This document shows, piece by piece, positions 50,123-59,590 of a stretch of DNA of 64,000 nt. The stretch is from positions 62,001 to 126,000 of the forward strand of contig CAYUVA010000002.1 in the NCBI GenBank assembly GCA_964448115.1. The letters run 5' to 3'. The number at the start of each line of letters is the position of its first letter. Position 1 is the stretch's first letter. A program made the translations under genes and the position numbers. This stretch comes from an uncultured bacterium (GTDB lineage: Bacteria > CAYUVA01). Under the pieces are notes generated by a model. It saw nothing but the letters and a program-made list of their open reading frames with translations. It had not been told where the DNA came from and searched no databases.

Positions 50123-51271
50123 ATGATAGAAAAAATATCCGATCAGGTCAGATCCAACCAGGATACCCTTTTCGAGCTGTTCAAGGAGCTGGTCAATATC
50201 CCCAGCCCATCGGGCGATAAAGTAGGGTTAACAAAGGTTGCCTCGATAATAGGGCAACGACTGCAAGACCTGGGATTCGAGGGAGATATTTTTCCTTATG
50301 ATTGCAAGCACAACTGCATAAGATTCAGTAAAGGCAAGCTAGATAAATGCCTGTTGCTCATCGGTCATATCGATACCGTCTTTGGTCCTGACCATAGCTC
50401 TTTCAGGGGATTGAGCGAGGATGATATCCGATTTTACGGCACTGGGGTCAGCGACATGAAGGATGGATCGGCAGCGGTCATCGTCGCATTGCACGCGCTG
50501 GATCAGCTCGCTCTAAGCCCCAAGCGACCCATAACTGTTATCTTCAATGGCGATGAGGAGATCGGCTCGGTCGGCTCAAGAGAGATAATCGAAGGGACAG
50601 CGCGCTCGGCAGCTTATGCGCTGATACTGGAGAGCGCCCGGCAGGACGGCTCGCTTGTGGTCGGCAGGCGAGGAGCAGTCAGGTACACCCTAGAGGTCGA
50701 GGGAGTGGCAGCCCACAGCGGAGAGGATTTTACAAGGGGTGCCAATTCAATAGTGGAGCTGGCTCATCATATCATCGCTTTGCACGAGCTATCCGATCCA
50801 GGCAAGGGTAGCACGGTCAACATCGGCAAGGTGAGCGGCGGCGGAAAGGTCAATATCGTGCCCGATCATGCCATAGCTGAAATAGATGTGCGCATGGATT
50901 CATTGGCTGAACTAGAGAGGATAATAACCGCCATAGAACGCCAGGTATCAATGAAATATATAAGCGGAACAAAGGTATGGCTAAAGGGCGGCAAACAAAG
51001 ACCCCCTTGGGAAAAGGGACTGCCCGGCACCTTGAGATTATACGAGATGGCAAAAGAGATCGCTCAGCGCCTGGGATTCGATATCAGCCAGAATTTCTCC
51101 GGGGGCGGCTCCGATGGCAATTTCACTGCCGCGCTAGGTGTGGCTACATTGGATGGACTCGGTCCTGTCGGCTGGAATTACCATACCGCCTCTGAATATG
51201 TGGAAAAGGGATCATTTCTCCCTCGAACCAGCCTTTTGGCAGGGTTAATCTATCGCCTGGCTTATGAATAA
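50123..51271 (+). CDS. M20 family metallopeptidase (glutamate carboxypeptidase-like)
   Basis: GHIDTVF, GVSDMK, GDEEIGS, LES, GVAAHSG, GGGSDGN, LDGLGP, HTASE. Confidence 0.93.
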   Translation: MIEKISDQVRSNQDTLFELFKELVNIPSPSGDKVGLTKVASIIGQRLQDLGFEGDIFPYDCKHNCIRFSKGKLDKCLLLIGHIDTVFGPDHSSFRGLSEDDIRFYGTGVSDMKDGSAAVIVALHALDQLALSPKRPITVIFNGDEEIGSVGSREIIEGTARSAAYALILESARQDGSLVVGRRGAVRYTLEVEGVAAHSGEDFTRGANSIVELAHHIIALHELSDPGKGSTVNIGKVSGGGKVNIVPDHAIAEIDVRMDSLAELERIITAIERQVSMKYISGTKVWLKGGKQRPPWEKGLPGTLRLYEMAKEIAQRLGFDISQNFSGGGSDGNFTAALGVATLDGLGPVGWNYHTASEYVEKGSFLPRTSLLAGLIYRLAYE

Positions 51272-51275
51272 TGGT

Positions 51276-53057
51276 CTATTCAGCGGTCTGCCTAGCCCTC
51301 GCTTTTGCCTTGAGGTATGTCCTTAAATATAACCTGTTATCCTGAAGAGTCATGCTTCCCGCAAACAGCCCATAATCGTCTAGAACTTCCAAATAGCGCT
51401 CCATGGGCTTGATATTCGGCAGGGTATAATCGAGATCTTTGCCAGCAAATCTTTGTCCCATCGACGCCAGGTCATTAAGGGATTTTAAGCTGTTGCGTAG
51501 ATTCTCAACCAATTCAGGTAGATCGACCAGGATCATCATAGTGCCGTCTATCTTGAGGAATTCACCCATCTCGATATAGTTTTTGCTCATCGGCAGTTGC
51601 CTTGCTTCGCCGCTGGCGGAGTTTATCACCTCTTTGATTGAATCAAGGTTCCTCGAAATGATGAGAGAGCGCTTGCAAAAGGCGAATGTCGGGGTCAAGC
51701 CGGGCAATGGGATAGGCATGGTCAGCATGAAAAGCTTTGCTTCTTTGTATGAACGCTCGCTGACCGAGAGCTGCAATAGTCCACCGGTCAGTTCAGTGAC
51801 CATTCCACAAAGGCTATGAAGCAGAACCTTGAGGCTTTTTTCCATGGATTGCTCGTCCTTGAGATCGATGATGGTAACAGTGCTCGACTTGGACAGGCTG
51901 CTCAGGACAGGCAAGCCCACAAATGCGATCTCGTTGCCGATGGAGCCGATGAAGTCCTCGATGATATCCATTTCTCTCGGTAAGCCAAGATATTCGGCTG
52001 CTATGTCCGAGATATCAAGCGGCTTATAGTCTTCCCCTTCCGAGATCCGCATCGCTCGATTTATCCACTCCTGAATCTGATAAACCAGTTCCTTGAGGTT
52101 ACCAAAACGCTTATCATGAAACAGGAAGGACTCGGCAGGGGCGAAATTGACCAAACGAAGCTTCGCATTTGCCGGCGCAAGGAAACGCCCTAAAGCCAGC
52201 GAATGGTAATCCTCCCTGAGCGGCATATTCCACACCAATAACAGGTCGTGCTTTTGGCACTTCAGGGTTACTCGCACAGCATCCATTATAAAAAGCTCAT
52301 CTATCAAATCCTGGTAAAGCTCGATCTCCGAGTCGGTGTATCTCTCTTCGGGCAAGTGGGAGATAATGCGATCAGCTAGCTCTCGTAGTGCTACTAGATT
52401 TACGAAGATCTCGGCGGTCGGCTGAGCCGGCAATCCCGGCAAGGTCTTTGTATAAATCGGGGAGTCTATCAGTTTATCATCAGGTGGCATGGAAAGGATG
52501 TCGAGCGCTTCGAGCATACTTGCTACCGCTACCAGGTTTCCCATGGAGGCTATGTACATCTCTTGGCCGGTTTGATCGGATTTTAGGGTGATAAGCTCCG
52601 CGCTACCCCGTGAGTAAACATTTTCCTTGTAAACACCAAAGGCGTCCTGAAAATATTCCTTGAGCCTGCTAATGCTCTCCTGGATGTTCTCTTTTGCATG
52701 CTCGCTGATGGAGATGATAGCCGGCTTATTGCCGATCGGGACTATTGCCAGTAGGTTTCTTTTGCCTAAAATATCGATTAGTTCATCATTTTCCACTTCC
52801 TCAAGTAGCCTGCCCAAGCGACCGCTTTCATCATATTGAGCTGCATCTTGTAGGTTGGTTTTGATCTTGTCTGCGATATTACCGTTTTTGGTTATCCTTG
52901 CTACATCTGGAATATTTAGGAAAAAGTATGTTTGCCGAGGCAGGTACTGTAATGCTGAGACCTTGGGCGGTTTTTCCTTAAGGACGGTAAGATATAGTGT
53001 TCCGCCGATTAACGATAGCAGGCAAATAATGATAAGTATGATAAGCGCTCTTCTCAA
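51276..53057 (-). CDS. Membrane-anchored periplasmic hypothetical protein (DUF3352-like)
   Basis: N-terminal TM; two repeats beginning ALQYLPRQT and LVNFAPAES; AGGAGG RBS before TTG. Confidence 0.6.
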   Translation of the reverse strand: MRRALIILIIICLLSLIGGTLYLTVLKEKPPKVSALQYLPRQTYFFLNIPDVARITKNGNIADKIKTNLQDAAQYDESGRLGRLLEEVENDELIDILGKRNLLAIVPIGNKPAIISISEHAKENIQESISRLKEYFQDAFGVYKENVYSRGSAELITLKSDQTGQEMYIASMGNLVAVASMLEALDILSMPPDDKLIDSPIYTKTLPGLPAQPTAEIFVNLVALRELADRIISHLPEERYTDSEIELYQDLIDELFIMDAVRVTLKCQKHDLLLVWNMPLREDYHSLALGRFLAPANAKLRLVNFAPAESFLFHDKRFGNLKELVYQIQEWINRAMRISEGEDYKPLDISDIAAEYLGLPREMDIIEDFIGSIGNEIAFVGLPVLSSLSKSSTVTIIDLKDEQSMEKSLKVLLHSLCGMVTELTGGLLQLSVSERSYKEAKLFMLTMPIPLPGLTPTFAFCKRSLIISRNLDSIKEVINSASGEARQLPMSKNYIEMGEFLKIDGTMMILVDLPELVENLRNSLKSLNDLASMGQRFAGKDLDYTLPNIKPMERYLEVLDDYGLFAGSMTLQDNRLYLRTYLKAKARARQTAE

Positions 53058-53130
53058 GATGAAGACCTCCTTGCCTTATGGTGATAGTCTATGATTATCA
53101 ACAATGCGGATCACAAGCATATAATTTATA

Positions 53131-53664
53131 CTATTCGGGGAAAAGAATCATGATAGCCAGGAACAACAGGATAACGAACATAATGACCAGGACAACTAAT
53201 AAAAGCAGGTTATCCTCCTTTTTGGGTGGCAGGTCTTTTGAGATGGTGCGGCTGCTCTTAGAGCCTTGATGCACCGCCTTCGCTCCCTTTGTCGGCGCCC
53301 ACTGGCTCTTTATTGTAAGCTCTTCCTCTTGCCCCTTGTTCAATTTCTCCGAGATTGCGTCTATTATGCCATTAAAGGTATCTATCTCGAAGACGAGGCG
53401 GTACTTGCCGATGGTTATCTCATCGCCATTAAGTATCTGTTCGCTTATTACCGGTTGTTCGTTCTTGAAGGTGGTTCCCCTGCCGCTCCAGTCGGTAATG
53501 ACATAGTTATTGCCGACCTTCTTAACCACCGCTTGTTTGCGAGAAACCTTGCCGCTGGGGAGAATTATATCGTTCTTTTCTCCCCTGCCGATGGAGATCT
53601 CTTTATCACCCAGCTCCAACTCTTGGAGCATCTTCTCACCATCATAAACCTTAATCTTAGACAT
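53131..53664 (-). CDS. FHA domain protein with C-terminal TM anchor
   Basis: ISIGRGEKNDIILPSGKVSRKQA...LNGDEITIGKYRLVF; hydrophobic C-terminus. Confidence 0.85.
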   Translation of the reverse strand: MSKIKVYDGEKMLQELELGDKEISIGRGEKNDIILPSGKVSRKQAVVKKVGNNYVITDWSGRGTTFKNEQPVISEQILNGDEITIGKYRLVFEIDTFNGIIDAISEKLNKGQEEELTIKSQWAPTKGAKAVHQGSKSSRTISKDLPPKKEDNLLLLVVLVIMFVILLFLAIMILFPE

Positions 53665-53687
53665 AGCCCACCCTTTTGCTATTGGAA

Positions 53688-53716
53688 AGGATAAATCATG
53701 CTGTCATTAAAGTCAA
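53688..53716 (-). promoter_or_regulatory. Putative sigma-70 promoter for the FHA gene
   Basis: Minus strand TTGACT-N17-TATCCT, 23 nt upstream of the start. Confidence 0.45.
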
Positions 53717-53768
53717 AGGGAACTTAGGATAATCTAATAATTCCGGCATACCCATCATGCCTTTTTTC

Positions 53769-55979
53769 TCAATCATATTCAATGTTAGATATTACCATGA
53801 TCCCATGCAGATTCTGCCTTGCAGGAAGGTACCCAGGATCGATGGATAATGCTTGTCTGAAAAGCTCGAGTGCCTTCGCGCTATTTCCCCTTTTTCCATA
53901 ACAGACACCAAGAAGATTCAATACGGGGGCTGTTGGCTGACTTTCTGCCAGGTATCTCTCAATGTATCTTGTAGCCTGCTTAATCCTCTCCTGGGTCAAC
54001 AGCTCGGTTGCCAGGTTTATAAGGGCAGGGCTGAAGGTCGGCTCTACCTCTAGGGCACGGCTGAAATACTTAATCGCCCGTCTTTTATCCCCCATTTCGT
54101 TGAAGATGACTCCCAGGTTATTCAGCGCCCGAAAGTGCCTGGCATTGCACCTAAGCGCCCTGCGGTAGTTCTTGATTGAACGCCTATGGGCACCGATCTC
54201 TCCATAGAAGCAACCCAGGTTATAGTAACAATCAGCATCCTCGGACTGAAGCTCAAGGGCTTGATCTGCCCATCGGATAGCCTCCTTTATCTTCCCTTTA
54301 CGGTATGCCAGCAGGCTGAAGATCTTGTAAGCACGCGGATTATCGGGCACAAGCGACAGAGAAAGACATAAATCAGCCTCAAGGTCATCTAGCTTATCAT
54401 CAGGCACATGAGCAAGGTCCTTGCGATTAGGATCGATCAGGAAGTAAGCGAAGCGAGAGATTATATCCCTGAATTCATTGCCTGATTTTATATACACCAT
54501 GCTGCTATTATCCCAGTAAACAAGTATGAAGTCCTTGTTCTGAGCCAAAGCATCTTGAATGGCGGAGTTGTCCTTATCGTTCCGTGAGTATTCACAGACT
54601 GCCAGGCGAACATTGTATTGCTCCAGGAACGGCGCAAGCGGTAGTCGTCCAGTTGCAAGAGCCTCGTATTCCTTTAGTATCCTCTCGCCGTAAAGAAGGG
54701 ATCGCCCATCGACGAAGACCTTGCACTGGGGATAAAGAGAATAAAGCAGGTAACCGCCCCAGTGATACGGATTTACCATGTTGCCCGATATGCCATTTTG
54801 CTTGATAAACTCGGCAGCCTGGACAGGAAATACGCCCTCCCTTATCCCAATACCGAAGCGATAGCCATCCTGAGCCAGCGGAATGATGACACTTAGGGCG
54901 ATTAGCAAAGCAGTGCCAAAGACATAGCATTTCCTTTGAATATTCATATTTAGTCTTAGCTTTCCTAACCTGCCAATAGCACCCTGCAGGTTACTCACCA
55001 ACGATGGGGTGTTGAGCAATAGAAACAATGCTATGTGGCGCCTTGAATAGTAAGCCATATAGGCGGTCAGAAGGTAGATAAACAGGTCAACGAAGCTCAC
55101 CCTAGAAAAGGAAACAAGAAAACTTATCGCCCATAGTATAAGGAAAATCCAGAAGGGTGCATAGCTCCAGGATAACTCGCTAGGCATCCATTCCTGTATC
55201 TGCGCGGTGTATAGCTTACCACCATACAGCGTGATAGGGTAAAGGATGCTCTTGACTCCATTGGGATTTAACATTAGCAAAGGAATCGAGATCAAAGTGG
55301 AGCCGGTAACCATGGCTAATGCCCTTTTATCCATCGGTTGTGAATAGGCGCTTCGATCCAATATCCTGCCCATAATATGCATGGCAATAAGAAGGTATGC
55401 GAAGATGAAGCTGGCATGCAGATTAACCCAAAGCACCATCAATACTGGGAACAGTAGGCAAATACTTCCGAGGGCAGGTTTTTTATTATTCGTAAGCAGG
55501 CAATATGTAAGCAGGCAATGCAGAAGGCATATCAATATCAACGAAAAGACCTCTGGTCGCGGAGAGAAACGGCTCCGGGCGCCCAATATCATAAGTATCA
55601 TGGCAAAGGAACTGACGATGAACCTGCCACTGCGTAAGCGGACAGTAAGAAGTACCAGCACTAGACACAACATAGCGCCGACGGTGCCGAGCGCTGTCAA
55701 TCCAGGCACACCCAGTAGGCTATGTGTCAAATACAGGATGACCTGGGAGAGCCACTGGTGATTTATCCAAGTTCGTTGTCCGGTCACGAAGGAAAAGGGG
55801 TCTTGTTGGGGGATTGACCGAGTATTTATGATGAGCTCGCCGGATTTAATGTGCATGAAGGTGTCGTAAGTCTGCACCTGGTAGAGGGTCATCGCAACTG
55901 TAAACAGAAGCAAAGATAGTACTAGGTACAGGTTTTCTTGGCTTTTAAGGCGTTTTCGTATGTCGAAAAACACACCCAT
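53769..55979 (-). CDS. Polytopic membrane protein (GT-C-like) with C-terminal TPR repeats
   Basis: YDTFMHIKSG..I...DPFSF...WINHQWL, RPEVFS, LWVNLH, IQEW, YHWGGYL, VFVDGR; TPRs (YYNLG, ALNNLG, VLNLLG). Confidence 0.75.
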   Translation of the reverse strand: MGVFFDIRKRLKSQENLYLVLSLLLFTVAMTLYQVQTYDTFMHIKSGELIINTRSIPQQDPFSFVTGQRTWINHQWLSQVILYLTHSLLGVPGLTALGTVGAMLCLVLVLLTVRLRSGRFIVSSFAMILMILGARSRFSPRPEVFSLILICLLHCLLTYCLLTNNKKPALGSICLLFPVLMVLWVNLHASFIFAYLLIAMHIMGRILDRSAYSQPMDKRALAMVTGSTLISIPLLMLNPNGVKSILYPITLYGGKLYTAQIQEWMPSELSWSYAPFWIFLILWAISFLVSFSRVSFVDLFIYLLTAYMAYYSRRHIALFLLLNTPSLVSNLQGAIGRLGKLRLNMNIQRKCYVFGTALLIALSVIIPLAQDGYRFGIGIREGVFPVQAAEFIKQNGISGNMVNPYHWGGYLLYSLYPQCKVFVDGRSLLYGERILKEYEALATGRLPLAPFLEQYNVRLAVCEYSRNDKDNSAIQDALAQNKDFILVYWDNSSMVYIKSGNEFRDIISRFAYFLIDPNRKDLAHVPDDKLDDLEADLCLSLSLVPDNPRAYKIFSLLAYRKGKIKEAIRWADQALELQSEDADCYYNLGCFYGEIGAHRRSIKNYRRALRCNARHFRALNNLGVIFNEMGDKRRAIKYFSRALEVEPTFSPALINLATELLTQERIKQATRYIERYLAESQPTAPVLNLLGVCYGKRGNSAKALELFRQALSIDPGYLPARQNLHGIMVISNIEYD

Positions 55980-56106
55980 AAGGACTAGTATAACTTTAAC
56001 TGCGGAAATATCTATTCGAGAAAAACATTCCCAGCCAACTAGACTTCACTCAAGGTAACGAATAAAATAGCTTTGCTAAAGTAAAACAAGAATCCTTAAT
56101 TTTTTT

Positions 56107-59100
56107 ATGATAGAATATCTAGGTGGTTGGGGTTACCTGGTACCGATATTATTAGTGGTAATCGGTCTTCTTCTCGTTTTCATAAAGGACAGGCTGCTTG
56201 TTTTGTGTTTAATAGCCTGCTCGATAATAACTACTATATGCATCAATATCATGGCTTACCCGCTTGGATTGGTCGATCCATTGAGGTTGAGGAACATCTT
56301 TATATTCGAGCTTTTTTATGAAAACACGGTTAATCAGGTTATTTTCTGTTCAGCCTCTATTGTGATATTGATTGTTTTTTGGGCGCTTTTTATTATCAGA
56401 AGGGCGCATTCTAAGTGTTTTTCTGTCTCATTATTTGCCATTGTTATTGGACAGGTGCTGCTAGTCTTTGATATTCCCACATCCGGTTATCTAATGTTGA
56501 TCTGTGGATCGATCTCTGTATTGGTCTTGTTGTTTATATATATCAATCCTCCTGGCAGTTCAAGAGCTGTCTCCAGTCCTCTAATTTATCGTTGGATATT
56601 TATCGCATTATTGCTCATCGTATTTGGCTTAGGCATATTCTTTCGTTTATATAGACTCACAGAGATACCTAATGGCTTGTGCGATGATGCTGCTACTCAT
56701 GGAATTTTCGCCTCCAAGTTCGCCGATGGTTTAATATTGCCCCAGATATACTACGGCATAAAAGAGGGCGCTTTTATGGTTTTTGCTGGTTATGTATTCA
56801 AGCTGTTCGGCTCCAGCTATTTCAATCTGCGCCTTTCAGCCTCAATACTAGGGATGCTCAATTTGATCGTATTTTATCTACTACTAAGGGTCATATTCAC
56901 AAGATGGTTTGCGCTAGCTGGAACTTTTATTATGTCAGTTTACAGCTTCCATGTAACCTTTTCACGCTTTGGGCTTAGGATCATTATGATACCGCTGTGC
57001 GTAACCATTTTTTTATTTTTCTTTTTCAAGGCGATAAATACACAACGGCTTATTTACTTTATCTTAAGCGGGTTGTCTCTACCCTTGGGTTTGTATGTCT
57101 ATACCGGCTACAAGTTCGTCCCGTTTTTAGGACTACTAAGCTTCATCATAGTTATTGTCCTGAAAGGGAACTTTTTGCGGGCAAGCTGGTGGAAGCTGAT
57201 ACTTATGTTCATTGCCATAGCAGCGGTGGTGTATCCGATCGCGGCAAATTATTACTTCAATCCCAATACGGACATGCACTTTTTTTCCTGGCGAGAGAAG
57301 GAACAGACCGTGCTAGGGCGAAAAGACATGCTCGATTCGCTTGTTGATAACCTGTTAATAATATTAAAGAATTTTCACTATCGAATGCACCCGGGACCCT
57401 GGTACCGACATAAGGGTGGCATAATGGATCCTGTCTTGGCTGTGCTTTTCACTATTGGTCTGATCTATTGCCTTCGTTATTTGCTTCGCTGGGAGAATGC
57501 GATATTATTTTCATGGCTGGTAATCCCTTTAGCCTTTGCTTCGTTACTCACCGCAGTTGAGCCAAGACGCTTAGCTTTTATCATTCCCATCATCATTATC
57601 CTCGCTGTGCAAGGGCTGAGATTGATCATCAGCATCTATCCCAGGCTGCAAAGGTTGCCTGGTGTCCTTATCTTAATAGTTGTTCTGCTTTTTATGGGAT
57701 ATCTTGAGTATCAGACCTTGTTTGTTGAGATTGCCAACTGTCGCTTCTGGCCAGAGATGGAATTCCGTGATCTGATAAGTAACCGGATTGCTGAAAATTA
57801 TAAAGATCATGTAATCTTCGTTCCAGGCGAACATCTCAAGCACGCTCAGGCGACCTTTTTATTATATAATCAAGCCAAGACCGATGAATATAAACGCAAT
57901 GTTCACCTGATCCATCAATTCGGTCAGATCCTCCCCTTTACTCCCGACATCGACATGGATGTGCTGCTTATAAGCGATGCCAGAAGCGACTTCGACAGCT
58001 TCTTCTATTCGCTCAAGGCTCTTTATCCCGGCGCCCAGATCGAGTCCCTCAAGGACACACGAGGGAAGGTAAGCCTTAAAATAGCATACATTCCACTGAC
58101 TGATATCGTCAACACCTTTGGCTTATTGCGAAAGGCTTTAACTGAAAATGGGATTACTACCCAGCGAAGCACAAAGATCGATCTAGCCGGATTATCAGGT
58201 GATGCCTTGAGAAGTAAGGTGGTATGGGAGGGTTCTTTATTCTCACCTGGCGAGTGTATTATGGAACTGAACGCCAGGCTTGCAGGCGAACTTGAGGTCT
58301 CCATTGATAATTATCGCTATCAAGTTAGTGCTCCTACAGCGGCTGATAGCCTTAAACTAAGCCATCCCCTCTCTTATGGGCTTCACGATATCAGGCTGGT
58401 TTATGAATTTAGCCAAGAGGCTGCTGATTGCCAGGTAACCATCTTGGGCGATGAGCTGGGCAAGCGGATAGATCTTATGTCCATGCTTTACACCTTCCCA
58501 GCCAGCCATAGCGAGCTTAGGGCGGCGCCGGTTAAGCGCTATGATTGTGATTTTGTCCACCTCGCAAGCACATCCAGGCTAAATGTTGATAATAGACCTT
58601 GTAATATCGGCGATTTTCTGGTCGATGATCAGGGCTATATATGGTTTGCAGACAAGCATTCGCTTAATGTACATAAAATCAACATGGAAGGAGATTTCCT
58701 CGATCGCATACGCAGCCAAACAGATCCAGAGGGTAGTTTCTCTCCTGATTTCCAAATAGGCATGGACGATGATGGTTTCCTGCGGATCTCCGACCCCTTC
58801 AAACGAAGAGTCGCAATTGTTGATCCTACGACCAAGGAAGAAAAGGTCATTCAAACCCCCTTCATCCCTTTGCGCAACAGCATAGCAGTAAGCAGCGATG
58901 GGAATTCAGTTGTCTCCTACCCTCACATGAGATGCATAAGAACTTTTGACAAAAATGGTAAAGTGATAAAGGAGCTAGCGCTTTGCGGCAAGGTAGATTC
59001 GGTGCGATTATTTAAGCCATTTACGCTGGCATTCAACAAGGTCGATGAGCTATACATCTTCGATTTAGGAAATAATCACCTGATAACCCTGGACGAGGAT

Positions 59101-59385
59101 TACAAGGTACGCTCGTATTTTTATGCTGGCGCCAATATGAACGAGGTGTTTCATATTGCAGTGGACTGGGATGGTTGGATATACCTTGTATCCGAGGTGA
59201 ACTGGAAGGTTTATGTCTTCGATGGTGAGGGTAACTTGGTTGTAACCGAGCGATTTCCTGGTGCATATTTCAGTGCTCCAGGGGCTAGGCATCTAGTCAA
59301 CCTTCGCATCAACCACCACTTACGAAGGATATATGTTTGCTTCAACTCGCGATTCATCGCCGAGTTCAAGAAGGTGTGTCGATAG
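56107..59385 (+). CDS. GT-C/PMT-like glycosyltransferase fused to a PA14-like domain and an NHL-type beta-propeller
   Basis: FRLYRLTEIPNGLCDDA loop, LFGSSYFNLRL, FHVTFSRFG; VWEGSLFSP...GLHDIRLVY; propeller repeats VDDQGYIWFAD, FKPFTLAF...LYIFDLGNN, IAVDWDGWIYL. Confidence 0.78.
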   Translation: MIEYLGGWGYLVPILLVVIGLLLVFIKDRLLVLCLIACSIITTICINIMAYPLGLVDPLRLRNIFIFELFYENTVNQVIFCSASIVILIVFWALFIIRRAHSKCFSVSLFAIVIGQVLLVFDIPTSGYLMLICGSISVLVLLFIYINPPGSSRAVSSPLIYRWIFIALLLIVFGLGIFFRLYRLTEIPNGLCDDAATHGIFASKFADGLILPQIYYGIKEGAFMVFAGYVFKLFGSSYFNLRLSASILGMLNLIVFYLLLRVIFTRWFALAGTFIMSVYSFHVTFSRFGLRIIMIPLCVTIFLFFFFKAINTQRLIYFILSGLSLPLGLYVYTGYKFVPFLGLLSFIIVIVLKGNFLRASWWKLILMFIAIAAVVYPIAANYYFNPNTDMHFFSWREKEQTVLGRKDMLDSLVDNLLIILKNFHYRMHPGPWYRHKGGIMDPVLAVLFTIGLIYCLRYLLRWENAILFSWLVIPLAFASLLTAVEPRRLAFIIPIIIILAVQGLRLIISIYPRLQRLPGVLILIVVLLFMGYLEYQTLFVEIANCRFWPEMEFRDLISNRIAENYKDHVIFVPGEHLKHAQATFLLYNQAKTDEYKRNVHLIHQFGQILPFTPDIDMDVLLISDARSDFDSFFYSLKALYPGAQIESLKDTRGKVSLKIAYIPLTDIVNTFGLLRKALTENGITTQRSTKIDLAGLSGDALRSKVVWEGSLFSPGECIMELNARLAGELEVSIDNYRYQVSAPTAADSLKLSHPLSYGLHDIRLVYEFSQEAADCQVTILGDELGKRIDLMSMLYTFPASHSELRAAPVKRYDCDFVHLASTSRLNVDNRPCNIGDFLVDDQGYIWFADKHSLNVHKINMEGDFLDRIRSQTDPEGSFSPDFQIGMDDDGFLRISDPFKRRVAIVDPTTKEEKVIQTPFIPLRNSIAVSSDGNSVVSYPHMRCIRTFDKNGKVIKELALCGKVDSVRLFKPFTLAFNKVDELYIFDLGNNHLITLDEDYKVRSYFYAGANMNEVFHIAVDWDGWIYLVSEVNWKVYVFDGEGNLVVTERFPGAYFSAPGARHLVNLRINHHLRRIYVCFNSRFIAEFKKVCR

Positions 59386-59590
59386 GTGCTAAAAACTGGC
59401 GATTGGCAGTTGTTGGCAGCCAGGTTGACACGAGACATTATTATGAATTAATATTATCAACATTTATAATCTACTATCATTCCTTTCTTTTTACAATTAT
59501 GCCTCTTAATTATTATGATCTTCCGTTGATCTGTTTGATCTCGATGGCAAAAACTCCTATATTTCCATACTGGAAAGGGTATTGATAATA

